DNA from: an uncultured bacterium
GTDB lineage: Bacteria; Abyssobacteria; SURF-5
NCBI GenBank assembly: GCA_964607485.1
Contig: CAZSKP010000009.1
Span: 1-64,000, forward strand
Length of the DNA: 64,000 bases
Direction: 5' to 3'
The notes beneath the pieces are model-generated. The model was given only the letters and a program-made list of their open reading frames with translations, was not told where the DNA came from and searched no databases. The translations under genes were made by a program, and so were the position numbers. Position 1 is the first letter of the stretch; each line of letters starts with the position of its first letter. Below, piece after piece: positions 30,567 through 40,813 of the stretch.

Positions 30567-31481
30567 CTATAGAGTCCTATCCGAGGGAAGACGTTTCAGC
30601 CTCTTTGGTTCTTCCGGAGAATACTTTAGCCTTCGGCGTCGCACATCGTCTATTCTCCATCCCATCATAAATATCTCATGACTCCCTATCTTATCGACTT
30701 TCTTGAGTTTTATCTCTTGGCCTGGGAAGAAGGCACCACAGCTCACCTCCTGCGGGGAACAGGAGTTATCGTTTACGCAGACCACTAAGGAATTGGTCTT
30801 GCTCGAAAGGCGTAAGCAAGATCCAAGTGCTTGTGAGAATTTGTTTGTATAGCACGGAACTAGGATAACTTCAATGTCCGCCTTGTTCAAACTCGTAGAG
30901 TTCAATACCTCAAACTTATATTCAGCATTACGGTCGGCCACATCTAGGCAAATCAAGACGCTAATTACTCCAAATTCTGTGTTAATAAGTAGAAATTTCG
31001 GTTTGCCTTTTGGAACTTTACATTCTTCGCCGGCCACTTGGGCCAGATTATATTTGTATTGCTGAAATGGTCTATTCCTATATGGCGTGTATATCAGCGA
31101 AGTATTAAAGAAGGTTCTTGGATCATAATATGAACCGGCAACAATATGTGACCCAAATCTGCCTGCAAAATTTGCCAACTTGCTTTCCAGTCCACGTGCT
31201 CCGTACGGATAAGATAGTTCGCTGAAACAAATAAGATTTGCTCCTTTTCTTGCCGCACTTTGTGCACATTGCAGAAAATTCTTCGAGAAGCTTTTTAGCT
31301 TTGTCTCTTTGAGAACGAAGATGGTGTCATCTCTATCTGCTTTGGAAACAAAACAATCCTCGGGAATATGCATTGACACTAATGCAATTTTTATCTCTGG
31401 ACGACTGACGAACGAAAGAGTCTTTGTTAGAGATAGAGTGTCCTCCTGAATAGTGACATTTTCCTTGCTGGGATTCGACAA
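30567..31481 (-). CDS. Carbon-nitrogen hydrolase (nitrilase superfamily) protein in an AT-rich island
   Basis: Glu-Lys-Cys triad contexts NLICFSELS, QQYKYN and FGVISVLICLD, plus IVAGS and EVILVP; AT-rich codon usage. Confidence 0.75.
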   Translation of the reverse strand: MSNPSKENVTIQEDTLSLTKTLSFVSRPEIKIALVSMHIPEDCFVSKADRDDTIFVLKETKLKSFSKNFLQCAQSAARKGANLICFSELSYPYGARGLESKLANFAGRFGSHIVAGSYYDPRTFFNTSLIYTPYRNRPFQQYKYNLAQVAGEECKVPKGKPKFLLINTEFGVISVLICLDVADRNAEYKFEVLNSTSLNKADIEVILVPCYTNKFSQALGSCLRLSSKTNSLVVCVNDNSCSPQEVSCGAFFPGQEIKLKKVDKIGSHEIFMMGWRIDDVRRRRLKYSPEEPKRLKRLPSDRTL

Positions 31482-31564
31482 GTGTAATGTCTCACCAATT
31501 AGGGGTGCAGGATCATTCTTGAAAATAGGCTGAGATGCTATTGAAAACGAATGGCAGAAGCCAG

Positions 31565-32056
31565 TTAACCAAATCTCTGGTGTATCAGCTTTGTTTTCGC
31601 CAAATTAGCAACCTGTTCTCTGGGCAGACAGATACGTGTTAAGAAAGTACAATAGTCCTGCTCCAATTCCTTGAGATTCTCAATTGTTCCTCTCAGAGTC
31701 TTATTATTTCCCAAAGAAATGTCCGCCCCCTTCTTTCTCTCATCCAGCCTGTAATCGGATATCAGACAAGGATATTCGAAGATCCATTCCGGTATTTCTT
31801 CTAAACTTAATACAAGTGGTCGAGGCAAACCTCTCCGAACACACTGGTGATCGACCTGTTCGATTTGTTCGTTGCATAGGACTCGTTTTTCAGTGAAGGA
31901 AAAGTAAAAGTTCTTCAACTCCTTGTTTTCTTTTTCGAAGCGAAGCCGAACATTTACACTGTCCGAATATTCCCAAACACTTACCCGCCCACAGATTAAT
32001 CCCATAAACGCGTCCTCTCCCATACCCAATGCTGTTCGTAACATTTGACCGAGCAA
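31565..32056 (-). CDS. Hypothetical protein (AT-rich island)
   Basis: 163-aa ORF in AT-rich DNA, co-oriented with its neighbours; no motif recognised. Confidence 0.6.
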   Translation of the reverse strand: MLGQMLRTALGMGEDAFMGLICGRVSVWEYSDSVNVRLRFEKENKELKNFYFSFTEKRVLCNEQIEQVDHQCVRRGLPRPLVLSLEEIPEWIFEYPCLISDYRLDERKKGADISLGNNKTLRGTIENLKELEQDYCTFLTRICLPREQVANLAKTKLIHQRFG

Positions 32057-32057
32057 C

Positions 32058-32945
32058 TCAGTTGTCCGAACCGATCATGCGTGCAAAAGCTTTACTCACT
32101 CTCGCAGGTCCCGCGTCTCTAACAGTCAAAGGAGGGGTCTGGCGCTGGTCATAACAGATGCCAACATGGCTGTCAAATGTGCCATTTCCATTCGTGCTTG
32201 ACTCTAAAACTATCCCTTCTGTGTCTTCACCCGCCAGACCAGCCCATTCAGCGTTTGTTGCTTCAAGATATTCTTGAATTTCTGGCCAGCTTGAGCACCT
32301 CCAACCCTGCCAGAAAATCATTGTTTCTGCAACATTGCGCATCTCCTTATCTGTCTTAATCATTGCTCTGAAATCTATCTCCTCGCCAGCGAGCAAACTG
32401 CTCACGCATCCTGCAAATTCAGGATCCATCGAAGCAACAAATTTGAGACTGATCTTCTTTCCTTTAGAAACTTCCTCGTAAAATCCTTCCTCAACCAATA
32501 TTTTCCGATAGCTATTATAAACAATATCATCAAGGCCGGAGATATATTCGGAACAGGTTGAAAAGAAATTGTGAATCTCTTGTGCATCCAAATTTCCGTT
32601 TGAAGACTGGATCAGAGAACATCTGGACCATATTTTACTTTTGTTTGGTGGAACACAAATCGTAATGGATGGCCTGTACTCGAGCAGAAAACCATTGGAC
32701 CTAAATTGGAGACCGCCGAAAACCAATCCAGGCCCTTCCCGCGACTCATTCTCTGGTTCTAGACTCTTTTCATTCGTGATACGCGTCAAGCAATTCTTGA
32801 TCTCTTTATGGAGAGATATCCATTTGCGGCTCATTGCATTCCTTACTGCAGTAGCCTTCCCATATTCACTGCTGCAGAATCCACGCGGTTTCACAACCAA
32901 GCATGACCTGATCAAAGGGAATCTGTATTGCTTGTCAGCGTACAA
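32058..32945 (-). CDS. Hypothetical protein (AT-rich island)
   Basis: 295-aa ORF in AT-rich DNA, where long chance ORFs are unlikely. Start uncertain; no motif recognised. Confidence 0.65.
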   Translation of the reverse strand: MYADKQYRFPLIRSCLVVKPRGFCSSEYGKATAVRNAMSRKWISLHKEIKNCLTRITNEKSLEPENESREGPGLVFGGLQFRSNGFLLEYRPSITICVPPNKSKIWSRCSLIQSSNGNLDAQEIHNFFSTCSEYISGLDDIVYNSYRKILVEEGFYEEVSKGKKISLKFVASMDPEFAGCVSSLLAGEEIDFRAMIKTDKEMRNVAETMIFWQGWRCSSWPEIQEYLEATNAEWAGLAGEDTEGIVLESSTNGNGTFDSHVGICYDQRQTPPLTVRDAGPARVSKAFARMIGSDN

Positions 32946-33146
32946 GATTACACCTGCCTTCCTCCGGTTGCACTTATCATGCTTGCTCTAACTTCTGTTT
33001 TCCTAAGCACATGGACACACTAATATTATATCCTATAACATAAACTTTTTCAAGAAACTTCCCGCCCATGGGGGATAGATTCTGGTTCGGGCGCTGAAGC
33101 GTAAACTCGGCATTAGTGGGCGATTATTTTCTCTCACGAACAATCT

Positions 33147-33175
33147 ACCATAACGCACGCTAACAAATTTGTCAA
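33147..33175 (-). promoter_or_regulatory. sigma70 promoter for the AT-rich island
   Basis: Minus strand TTGACA-17 nt-TATGGT upstream of the 3-gene island. Confidence 0.55.
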
Positions 33176-33265
33176 GTTGAATGCAATATTCTTCTTTCGT
33201 AGTTCCGCAACGAATGTCCAGGTTCCACGAAGGCCGAACGCGAAGCAGCATTAAGCATACCTTTA

Positions 33266-33700
33266 CTATTCTTCGCCGTCTATTTTGCGGATTCGCCTGA
33301 GGTGGCGTCCCCCCTCGAAGGGAGTTTCCATCCACACGCGGAGTATGTCCCGGGCGGCGGCAAAATCGATGAGCCTCGAGCCGAGCACAAGCACGTTCGC
33401 GTCGTTGTGTGCTCTCGACATCTCTGCCATCCGGGTATTCATGCAGAGCGCGGCGCGGATGCCTTTGTACCTGTTGGCCGTGTAGCTCATCCCCAGTCCG
33501 GTGCCGCATATGAGCACCCCGCGCTCGCATGCATTTGCGAGTATCGTCTCGCACAGTTTCTTGGCAAAATCGGGATAGTCGCAGGATTCGGTGCTATAGC
33601 AGCCGAAGTCTTCCACCTCATGCCCTTCGGATGCGAGATGCTCCTTGACCCTTTCTTTCAGCTCAAATCCAGCGTGGTCAGAAGCTACCGCCAACTTCAT
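33266..33700 (-). CDS. rpiB: Ribose-5-phosphate isomerase B
   Basis: MKLAVASDHAG, DYPD, CGTGLG, HNDAN and FEGGRH.RRI. Confidence 0.96.
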   Translation of the reverse strand: MKLAVASDHAGFELKERVKEHLASEGHEVEDFGCYSTESCDYPDFAKKLCETILANACERGVLICGTGLGMSYTANRYKGIRAALCMNTRMAEMSRAHNDANVLVLGSRLIDFAAARDILRVWMETPFEGGRHLRRIRKIDGEE

Positions 33701-34367
33701 CTGGGTTCCCTTCCTGAGAATACAGTCTCCTGCCAAACTCGGCGACCACGGCGCTCAGCCTGTCAGCCGGGACCGCACCCTCCCTTAATATTACTATTTT
33801 TCGACCGGTAACTTCCACTATCGTTGACGGCAGCTTGCAGGTGCTCGGCCCTCCATCGACAACCGCGTCGATTTCGCCCCTGAAGTACTCCATGGCTTCC
33901 TGCGCGCTCCGTGCAGGCCGGCCTCCAGAGGGGTTGGCGCTTGTGGCAACCAACAGCCCGCCCAGCGCGCCCGCGATGGCGCGGGCGATAGTGTTGTCGG
34001 GCATCCTGACGCAGATCATCCTGCGCGCGTCCAGCACATCGGTCGGAAGATTCCCGGAATCCTCGACCACGAGCGAGACCGGGCCGGGCCAGAATGTCTC
34101 GGCGATGGCCGCAGCGACGGGACTGAGCCTGATTCCCCACTCCGCCAGCCGCTCCGGCTTGTCGATGACGTAGGGAAATGGTTTTGCCCCCTCCCTGCCC
34201 TTGAGTATTCTGACCTTGTGGTTGGCGTCGGAGTTGAAGGCGTCGCCGCCGAGTCCGTAAAGCGTGTCGGTGGGGTAGGCAATCACGCCTCCCTTTTTCA
34301 GCAGCGAGGCGACCTCGTTCACCAGTTTAGGCTCGGGCGCTCTTGTGTTTAGTTCGAATACTTTCAT
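33678..34367 (-). CDS. tsaC: L-threonylcarbamoyladenylate synthase (TsaC/Sua5/YrdC)
   Basis: Starts MKVFEL; YPTDTLYGL, KGR, WPGP, TSANPSG, PSTIV and LREGA. Confidence 0.92.
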   Translation of the reverse strand: MKVFELNTRAPEPKLVNEVASLLKKGGVIAYPTDTLYGLGGDAFNSDANHKVRILKGREGAKPFPYVIDKPERLAEWGIRLSPVAAAIAETFWPGPVSLVVEDSGNLPTDVLDARRMICVRMPDNTIARAIAGALGGLLVATSANPSGGRPARSAQEAMEYFRGEIDAVVDGGPSTCKLPSTIVEVTGRKIVILREGAVPADRLSAVVAEFGRRLYSQEGNPDEVGGSF

Positions 34368-34971
34368 CCTTCTTCGAACGCTCGGCGAGCATTCGCTCCA
34401 GAATGCGGCGAGCCTTCCTGAGGGCTTGCGCGCGGTGGCTGATCTCGTTCTTTGTTTTCGTGCCCAACCGGGCAAAGGTCTTGTCGTACCCCTTGGGAAT
34501 GAACACGGGATCATACCCGAAACCCGATTTCCCGAGCGGGCGCGAGGCGATCCTGCCCTCGCACTTTCCCGTGGCCATCCAGATTTTCTTTCCGTCGGTT
34601 ATGGCCACCACGCACACAAAGCGCGCCGTTCGCTTTTCGGCCTTGACGCCCCGCATCAGGCGCAGCAGCTTCTTGACGTTATCCGCGTCCGTGGCATCGT
34701 CTCCGGCAAATCTGGCCGAATGGCAGCCGGGCTGTCCACCGAGACGGTCAACCTGCAGGCCCGAATCCTCGGCAAGCGTGAGGAAACCGGTCTGACGAAC
34801 ATATGTCCTTGCCTTGATGCGCGCGTTTGCCGCGAACGAATTGCCGCTCTCGCGCGCGGGCTTGACATTCTTGATTTCCTTGAGACTGACTATCTCGACG
34901 GGGAGCCCGTCGAGAATCTTCGAGATTTCGCGGATTTTGCCCGTGTTGCCGGTTGCGAGGAGGAGCTTCAC
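34327..34971 (-). CDS. rdgB: Non-canonical purine NTP pyrophosphatase (RdgB/HAM1)
   Basis: [28 protein letters not shown] and KNEISHR. Confidence 0.95.
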   Translation of the reverse strand: MKLLLATGNTGKIREISKILDGLPVEIVSLKEIKNVKPARESGNSFAANARIKARTYVRQTGFLTLAEDSGLQVDRLGGQPGCHSARFAGDDATDADNVKKLLRLMRGVKAEKRTARFVCVVAITDGKKIWMATGKCEGRIASRPLGKSGFGYDPVFIPKGYDKTFARLGTKTKNEISHRAQALRKARRILERMLAERSKKDESIRTKHKSARA

Positions 34972-35703
34972 GACCCCGCGCTCCCGGCTTCGAGCGCGGC
35001 CGTCTGCGAGCGGACCAACCGTCGAATGCCATCCTGCGCGAGGTCGAGCAGCTCGTCGAGGAGCTTTCTCTCGAACGGGTCCTTTTCAGCGGTGGCCTGA
35101 ATCTCGACAACCCTTCCTGCTTGCGTCATAATCACGTTGAGGTCCGCCTCCGCCCGCGAGTCTTCCTGATAGCACAGGTCGAGCATCGGAATCAACTATG
35201 CCCACGCTGGTGGCGGCCACGACTTCCCTGATGGGCATCGAGTCGATTCCGTTCGACTCGATGAGCCACGAGAGAGCGTCGTGCAGCGCGACGAACGAGC
35301 CGGTGATCGCGGCGGTTCGCGTGCCGCCGTCTGCCTGGAGGACATCGCAATCCATCTGAATCGTCCGCGAGCCCAGGGCCGAAAGGTCCACCACGGAGCG
35401 CAACGTGCGTCCGATAAGCCTCTGAATCTCGAACGCGCGCCCCGATGCGCCCCGGCCGATGCGGGTCTCGTTCGAGCGGGGGAGCATCGCATACTCGGCG
35501 GTTATCCATCCCTTGCCCGAACCCTCCAGAAAAGGCGGGACCCCTTCCCCGACGGAGGCGTTGCACAGGACCCGAGTATCGCCGATTTCAATCAGCACGG
35601 ACCCTTCGGCGTACTTTGTGAATCCTCTCCGGATGACGACGGGCCGCATCTCGTTCCACCGTCGCCCGTCCGGCCTGAGAATGTGCGTGCGATCATCCGC
35701 CAC
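34968..35703 (-). pseudogene. rph: Ribonuclease PH, frameshifted near 35190 (pseudogene or assembly error)
   Basis: Frame 1: RPDGR...AEYAMLP...EIQRLIGR...[14 protein letters not shown]...SVGIV. The continuation [20 protein letters not shown]...EIQATAE is in another frame (34968..35195). Confidence 0.88.
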
Positions 35704-37123
35704 TGGGAACTTCCTCGGGTTGCGGCTGCTGCTCAGTCTCGGGAGCTGTCGTATCGGGGAGAGCCTCGACAGGCGCTGTGTCCGTCGACGTGCCGGAGGA
35801 AACCTCCTTCGGCTCCTCCTTCGCGGTGGTCTCGATCTGTTTTTTCGCGACGTTTATGTTCTGTTCGATTGTCTTGAAGATGTCGTACCCCTGAAGCAGC
35901 TCTACCGCCCGTTCGAGCTGAATGTCCGTTGCCTCAGGCTTTTCCTGGCCGGCGCCGACCGTGCCGGGTATGGTCATGCCGCTGAGGAGGTGGGCAAGCT
36001 GTTCCTTGCTCATCTTCACGACAATATCCGGAGTGATGCCGACCCCGTTTATGGAATGGCCGTTCGGGGTGAGATACTTCGCCGTGGTCAGACGAAGGGC
36101 CGAACCGTCGGACATTGGGATTATGCTCTGAACCGAGCCTTTCCCGAATGTCTTCTCGCCCAGGATGACTGCCCGATGCCAGTCTCTGAGCGCGCCCGCC
36201 ACAATTTCCGACGCGCTGGCGCTGCCCCCGTTCACCAGCACGACGATGGGCGTACTTGGATCGACCGTCGCGTCGCGCTTCGCCTTGAATCTCAGACTCT
36301 GGTCGGGGTGGCGAGACTCGGTGTAAACGATGAGCTGGCCTTTCTCGAGAAATTCGTCGGCCACGTCGGCGGCCACGTTGAGCAGTCCGCCGGGATTCGT
36401 GCGAAGGTCAAACACGAGCGACCGCATCCCCTTGGCCTTCAGGTCCTCTATCGCCTCGTGGAGCTCGGTCCCGGTCTGTTCGCTGAACTCGCGAAGGCGG
36501 ATGCGCCCGATGGAGTCGTCGAGCATATCCCACTTGACGCTCCGGATCTTAATGTCGTCGCGAACCAGCGTGAACTCCAGCTCTTCCGGAACGTTGCCGT
36601 CGTTTTCGTGAAGCCTGAGAACGGAAATGGTGACCTTTGTGCCTTTCGGACCCCGAAGTTTCTTGACAGCCTCTTCGAGCACCAGTCCCGTTGTGCTCTC
36701 CCCGTCGATCTTTATGATTTTGTCGCCCGCCTGCACGCCGGCTTTGAACGCGGGGGTGTCCTCGATGGGCGAGACGACGGTGAGCACCTTGTTTTCGTCG
36801 AGGCTGATGACGATTCCCAGCCCGCCGAAGTGTCCCTCGGTCTCGACCTTGAGCTCCTTATAGACATCCGGGGGCATGAACTGGCTGTGGGGGTCGAGTC
36901 CGTCCAGCATTCCCTTCAGCGCGTCGTATATCAGCGTTTGGGTGGAGACTTCCTCCACATATTCGCTCTGCACAATGCTGAGGGCGTCGGAGAAAAGCTC
37001 GAGGTCGTTGTATGTCGAGCCGGTCTGAGCCGCGACGTAGCCGGACAGGCTGTTGCCTATGATGAGGCCCAGCGTGAGAACCGACGCCAGAAAAAGGAAA
37101 AACTCACTCCGATTGCGTTGCAT
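35693..37123 (-). CDS. ctpA: Carboxyl-terminal processing protease (S41 family, PDZ)
   Basis: [39 protein letters not shown] and GITPD. Confidence 0.95.
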   Translation of the reverse strand: MQRNRSEFFLFLASVLTLGLIIGNSLSGYVAAQTGSTYNDLELFSDALSIVQSEYVEEVSTQTLIYDALKGMLDGLDPHSQFMPPDVYKELKVETEGHFGGLGIVISLDENKVLTVVSPIEDTPAFKAGVQAGDKIIKIDGESTTGLVLEEAVKKLRGPKGTKVTISVLRLHENDGNVPEELEFTLVRDDIKIRSVKWDMLDDSIGRIRLREFSEQTGTELHEAIEDLKAKGMRSLVFDLRTNPGGLLNVAADVADEFLEKGQLIVYTESRHPDQSLRFKAKRDATVDPSTPIVVLVNGGSASASEIVAGALRDWHRAVILGEKTFGKGSVQSIIPMSDGSALRLTTAKYLTPNGHSINGVGITPDIVVKMSKEQLAHLLSGMTIPGTVGAGQEKPEATDIQLERAVELLQGYDIFKTIEQNINVAKKQIETTAKEEPKEVSSGTSTDTAPVEALPDTTAPETEQQPQPEEVPSGG

Positions 37124-39137
37124 GTATATTCCTCCTTTGAAGCCAAACAGCAGGGTCGACGGGGTCTCCGTGTTCCCTTATTTCAAAATACAGAAACGGG
37201 CCCTTCAGCGAACCGGTTTCGCCCACGAGCGCTATGGGTTGGCCACCCTTCACATGGTCTCCTTTCCTCACGAGAATCTCGGAGCAGTGCGAATATATGC
37301 TGTTATACCCGTCGCCGTGGTCGAGAATCACGAGCTTGCCATATCCTCTGAACCAGTCGCAGTAGGCGACAATCGCGTCGTGGATGGCGCGGATTTGCGA
37401 GCCCACCGAGCCCGAAATATCGACGCCAAGGTGCCTGGTGAATGTGCCCGAGTCGGGATTTCGCACCCTGCCGAATGGAACCGTTATTTCGCCCTCGGTC
37501 GGCCAGGGGAGCAGCCCCCTCATTTCCCCGAACGGAACCGCGCCCGTGAGTGCGGGCTGCGCCTCCGCCCGTTGCTTTTCGATAAAATCCTGCAGGTTAC
37601 GAGCCGAAGCCTCCAGGTCGGTTATCGCGGCCAGATAGATATTCTTCTGTTCCCTGAGCTTCGTCAATATGACTTCGCGCTGTCTCTTCTTCTCCACAGC
37701 CTGCTGAGCGCGCAATTTCGCGGCCTCGGTATAAAGCGTATCCAATTCGACGCGCTTACGCAAGGTTTCCTGTTGCTCCAGATAGGTCCTGCGAAGCCCC
37801 TCGGCCCGCTCAAAGGTCTCGGCCTCCTTCTCCGCCAACAGTGAGAGCATTCGTCGACGCCTCGTGATCTCGGATTGGGGAATATCGCAGAGTATGACCT
37901 CGACCAGAGACGGTTCCCGTTGATTGCACAGAAGCCTGAGCCACTGCTCGAGCTCCTGCCGCGAGCGTACATACAGCGTCTCACACCTGCCGAGTTCGGC
38001 CTGCGCCATCCCGATCGCCTCTTTGTTGGCTGCAATATTCGCTTCGCCCGTCTTGATTTCACGGGCAAGGCTGTCTATTTCCTTGTCTCTCCCCTCCAGG
38101 TCGTCTATTATCGCGCGTTCCTGCTGGCCGAGTTTTTCGGCGGCGGCCATGCTCTGTTGCAGGTCGCGTTCGAGCCGCTTCAGTTCCTGTTGATACTTGA
38201 CCAGCTCGGACTCCAAGTCCTCATCGGCGCGGACCAGACTCCCGGCCGGCCACGCGGCGAGCAGGACCGCGAGCGTCACTACGAGCACGTTTCGAAGCGA
38301 AAACCAGCTTGCCATGAGCGCCAGAGCCGGGCCGACGGCAAAGGCCGCCCCCACCAGTCCCAGGGGGAGCCGAAGCGTCTCGCCCATCCTGTTCGAAAGC
38401 AGCGCGGCCGTGACTGCCAACGCGCCGACGCCGACGGCCGACCCGCACATGCCCTGCGCAACACCCTCCACTGCGAAGACGCGGCGAATGAACTTTGTGC
38501 TCGCGCCCAACATGCGAAGCGTGCGTATCTCGCTTTTGCGGGCGGTCGAGGCGAGCCTCGCTATGTTGACCGTGATTATTCCGAACGCCAGGATCCAGAA
38601 AATGCTCGTCCCGGCCGCAAATCCGGCCATTTCCCGGCGAAATTGCAGGTATCGCTCGAGCATCGTTTCCTCGAACCGTACCTCGTCCACCCCCTTGATC
38701 GAAGCAACCCGCGAGGCCACCCGCCTGATGACGGAGAGGTCCCGGTTGCCCTCGACAAGCCTTATCACAATCGAAGGGGGCAACACCTCATCGAGCGGCA
38801 CCTCGCCCAAGTCGAGCGAATCGCCCGCTTCGGAGAAGAGTTCTTCCCACGATTGCTGGCCGCTGACCAGTCTCGCGTCGCCCACCTCGTTGATGGAGCG
38901 AACGTCGTCGAGCACCTTCTGCGGGCTCTGCGCCTCCGGCCCGCGGGAAAGAAAGGCGACCAGCTCCACCCTGCTCTCCCATTTCTTGAGCAGAGAATTC
39001 ACGTTGAGGACGAGGAACGCAAACGCCCCCATCGCAAACACGGCGACCGCCACGCATCCGGCCATGGCCAGGCTAAGAGTGCGCGCCCGCCGGAAATTCC
39101 GAAGCCCTTCCCTAACGGCGAGGTTGTATCCCTCCAT
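37104..39137 (-). CDS. FtsX-like permease fused to an EnvC-like coiled-coil/degenerate M23 domain
   Basis: N-half is FtsX (REGLRNFRR, extracellular loop, RKSEIRTLRMLGASTKFIRRVFAVEG). Then a signal-like segment, a long coiled coil, and LPWPTEG...HLGVDI...GYGKLVILDHG...GPFLYFEIR; one 677-aa ORF. Confidence 0.88.
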   Translation of the reverse strand: MEGYNLAVREGLRNFRRARTLSLAMAGCVAVAVFAMGAFAFLVLNVNSLLKKWESRVELVAFLSRGPEAQSPQKVLDDVRSINEVGDARLVSGQQSWEELFSEAGDSLDLGEVPLDEVLPPSIVIRLVEGNRDLSVIRRVASRVASIKGVDEVRFEETMLERYLQFRREMAGFAAGTSIFWILAFGIITVNIARLASTARKSEIRTLRMLGASTKFIRRVFAVEGVAQGMCGSAVGVGALAVTAALLSNRMGETLRLPLGLVGAAFAVGPALALMASWFSLRNVLVVTLAVLLAAWPAGSLVRADEDLESELVKYQQELKRLERDLQQSMAAAEKLGQQERAIIDDLEGRDKEIDSLAREIKTGEANIAANKEAIGMAQAELGRCETLYVRSRQELEQWLRLLCNQREPSLVEVILCDIPQSEITRRRRMLSLLAEKEAETFERAEGLRRTYLEQQETLRKRVELDTLYTEAAKLRAQQAVEKKRQREVILTKLREQKNIYLAAITDLEASARNLQDFIEKQRAEAQPALTGAVPFGEMRGLLPWPTEGEITVPFGRVRNPDSGTFTRHLGVDISGSVGSQIRAIHDAIVAYCDWFRGYGKLVILDHGDGYNSIYSHCSEILVRKGDHVKGGQPIALVGETGSLKGPFLYFEIREHGDPVDPAVWLQRRNIHATQSE

Positions 39138-39166
39138 TGAGATCGTTCGCCGTCCTCTCCCCCGCG

Positions 39167-39838
39167 TCAGGACGCCGGGGTCTTCTCCATCCGACCGAAG
39201 GAACGTGTGTCGAGCATGATGGGACGTTTGCCCGACTGCTCCGCAAATTCGACGTTATGAGTCGCAATCACGATGGTCGACCCGCGCAGGTTCGCGCCCT
39301 TGAACAGTTCCGCCGCCTTCTCGGCCGACCGCCAATCGAGCCGCTCATACGGTTCGTCGGCCAGCACGATTTTGGGCCGGCGCGCCAGCGCGCGGACGAT
39401 CTTGAGCATCTGCTTTTCATTCTCCGAAACCTGGTCGGGGAACAGGCCGGTCTTGCCGAGGAGGCCGATTCCCCTGAGATAGAAAACGGTCTCCTTCCTG
39501 GCATCGGAGGCCCGCCAGCCCGCGAGTTCGAGCGAAACCGATATATTCTCGGCGAGGGTATGCTGTGGAAGCAGATAGTCGTCCTGAAATATCACTCCGA
39601 GTGTGCGCCTGTACTTGGGATAGTCGCGTCGCGGAATTTCGGTGATGTCGCGCCCTTCCACGATGACGCGGCCGCCCGAGGGCATCTGCTGAAGCGCCAG
39701 CGTGCGCAACAGAGAGGTTTTCCCCGAACCCGCCTGCCCGCAGATGAAAACAAAATCCCCCTTTTCGATATGCAGATTGAGGCCGTCGAGCACCTCGTGG
39801 GGCCCATGTCGCAGGCACAGGTCCAAGGTAATAATCAC
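39167..39838 (-). CDS. ftsE: FtsE-like ABC ATPase with degenerate signature
   Basis: Walker A GQAGSGKTS, RRTLGVIFQD, Walker B VLADEP and H-loop ATHN. The GTG start overlaps the tkt stop; lies upstream of the ftsX-like gene. Confidence 0.85.
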   Translation of the reverse strand: MIITLDLCLRHGPHEVLDGLNLHIEKGDFVFICGQAGSGKTSLLRTLALQQMPSGGRVIVEGRDITEIPRRDYPKYRRTLGVIFQDDYLLPQHTLAENISVSLELAGWRASDARKETVFYLRGIGLLGKTGLFPDQVSENEKQMLKIVRALARRPKIVLADEPYERLDWRSAEKAAELFKGANLRGSTIVIATHNVEFAEQSGKRPIMLDTRSFGRMEKTPAS

Positions 39839-40794
39839 TTCCCGGCCGCCTTCCTCGATATGGCCCGACGCGCAGCCTCTGCCACGTTCTCGGCCGTGAG
39901 TCCGTAGGCCGCCATCAACTCTTTGGGCTCCCCCGACTGACCAAACCTGTCCTCTATGCCGACCCTCACCACCGGAGCCGGAGAGGTCTCGCACACTATC
40001 TCCGACACGGCGCTTCCCAGGCCTCCGATGACATTGTGCTCTTCCGCCGTGACGAGCGCGCCCGTTTCGTTGACGGCCGCGACTATCGCATCCCGGTCGA
40101 TAGGTTTGATGGTGCTCATGTTGATGACACGAGCGCCTATTCCGTCCTTCGAGAGCGCCTCGGCGGCGACGAGCGCAATTTGCACCATCGTGCCAATGGC
40201 AATAATGGCGACATCGGAGCCATCCCGAAGAATCGACGCTTTGCCGAGCCTGAAGGGGTAGCTTTCTTCATAGATTATGGGCACTCCCGACCGGCCCAGC
40301 CGCAGATATGCGGGGCCGGGTGTCTCCACCACGGCGGCAACCGCCTTTTCGGTCTCCACCCCGTCGGCGGGAACGATGACTTTCATGTTCGGAATGGCCC
40401 GCATGATGGCGATGTCTTCGATTGATTGGTGAGACGACCCGTCGGGTCCGACGGCGATGCCCGCATGCGAGGCGGCGATCTTGACGTTCAGGTTCGCATA
40501 GCAGATGGAGTTTCTTATCTGCTCCCAAGCTCTTCCGGTGGCGAAGATTACGAATGAACTGGCGAATGCGATCTTGCCCGCTGCGGCGAGGCCCGCGGCC
40601 GTGCCCATCATGTCCGCCTCCGCGATGCCCATGTCGAAGAATCGTTCCGGGAACTTCTTCTTGAACTTTATCGTCTTTGTGGACTTGGCAAGGTCGGCGT
40701 CGAGCACAACGACGTCGGGGTTCTGTTCGCCCAACCGCACGAGCGCGTTTCCGTAAGCCTCGCGCGTCGCAATCTTATCACCGACCTTCAGCAT
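39835..40794 (-). CDS. Transketolase, C-terminal subunit
   Basis: ATREAYG, DADLAKST, GIAEADM, GPDGSSHQ, EEHNVIGGLG and DRFGQSG. Confidence 0.95.
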   Translation of the reverse strand: MLKVGDKIATREAYGNALVRLGEQNPDVVVLDADLAKSTKTIKFKKKFPERFFDMGIAEADMMGTAAGLAAAGKIAFASSFVIFATGRAWEQIRNSICYANLNVKIAASHAGIAVGPDGSSHQSIEDIAIMRAIPNMKVIVPADGVETEKAVAAVVETPGPAYLRLGRSGVPIIYEESYPFRLGKASILRDGSDVAIIAIGTMVQIALVAAEALSKDGIGARVINMSTIKPIDRDAIVAAVNETGALVTAEEHNVIGGLGSAVSEIVCETSPAPVVRVGIEDRFGQSGEPKELMAAYGLTAENVAEAARRAISRKAAGK

Positions 40795-40813
40795 CTCCTA
40801 TTTTCCCTCGCGC

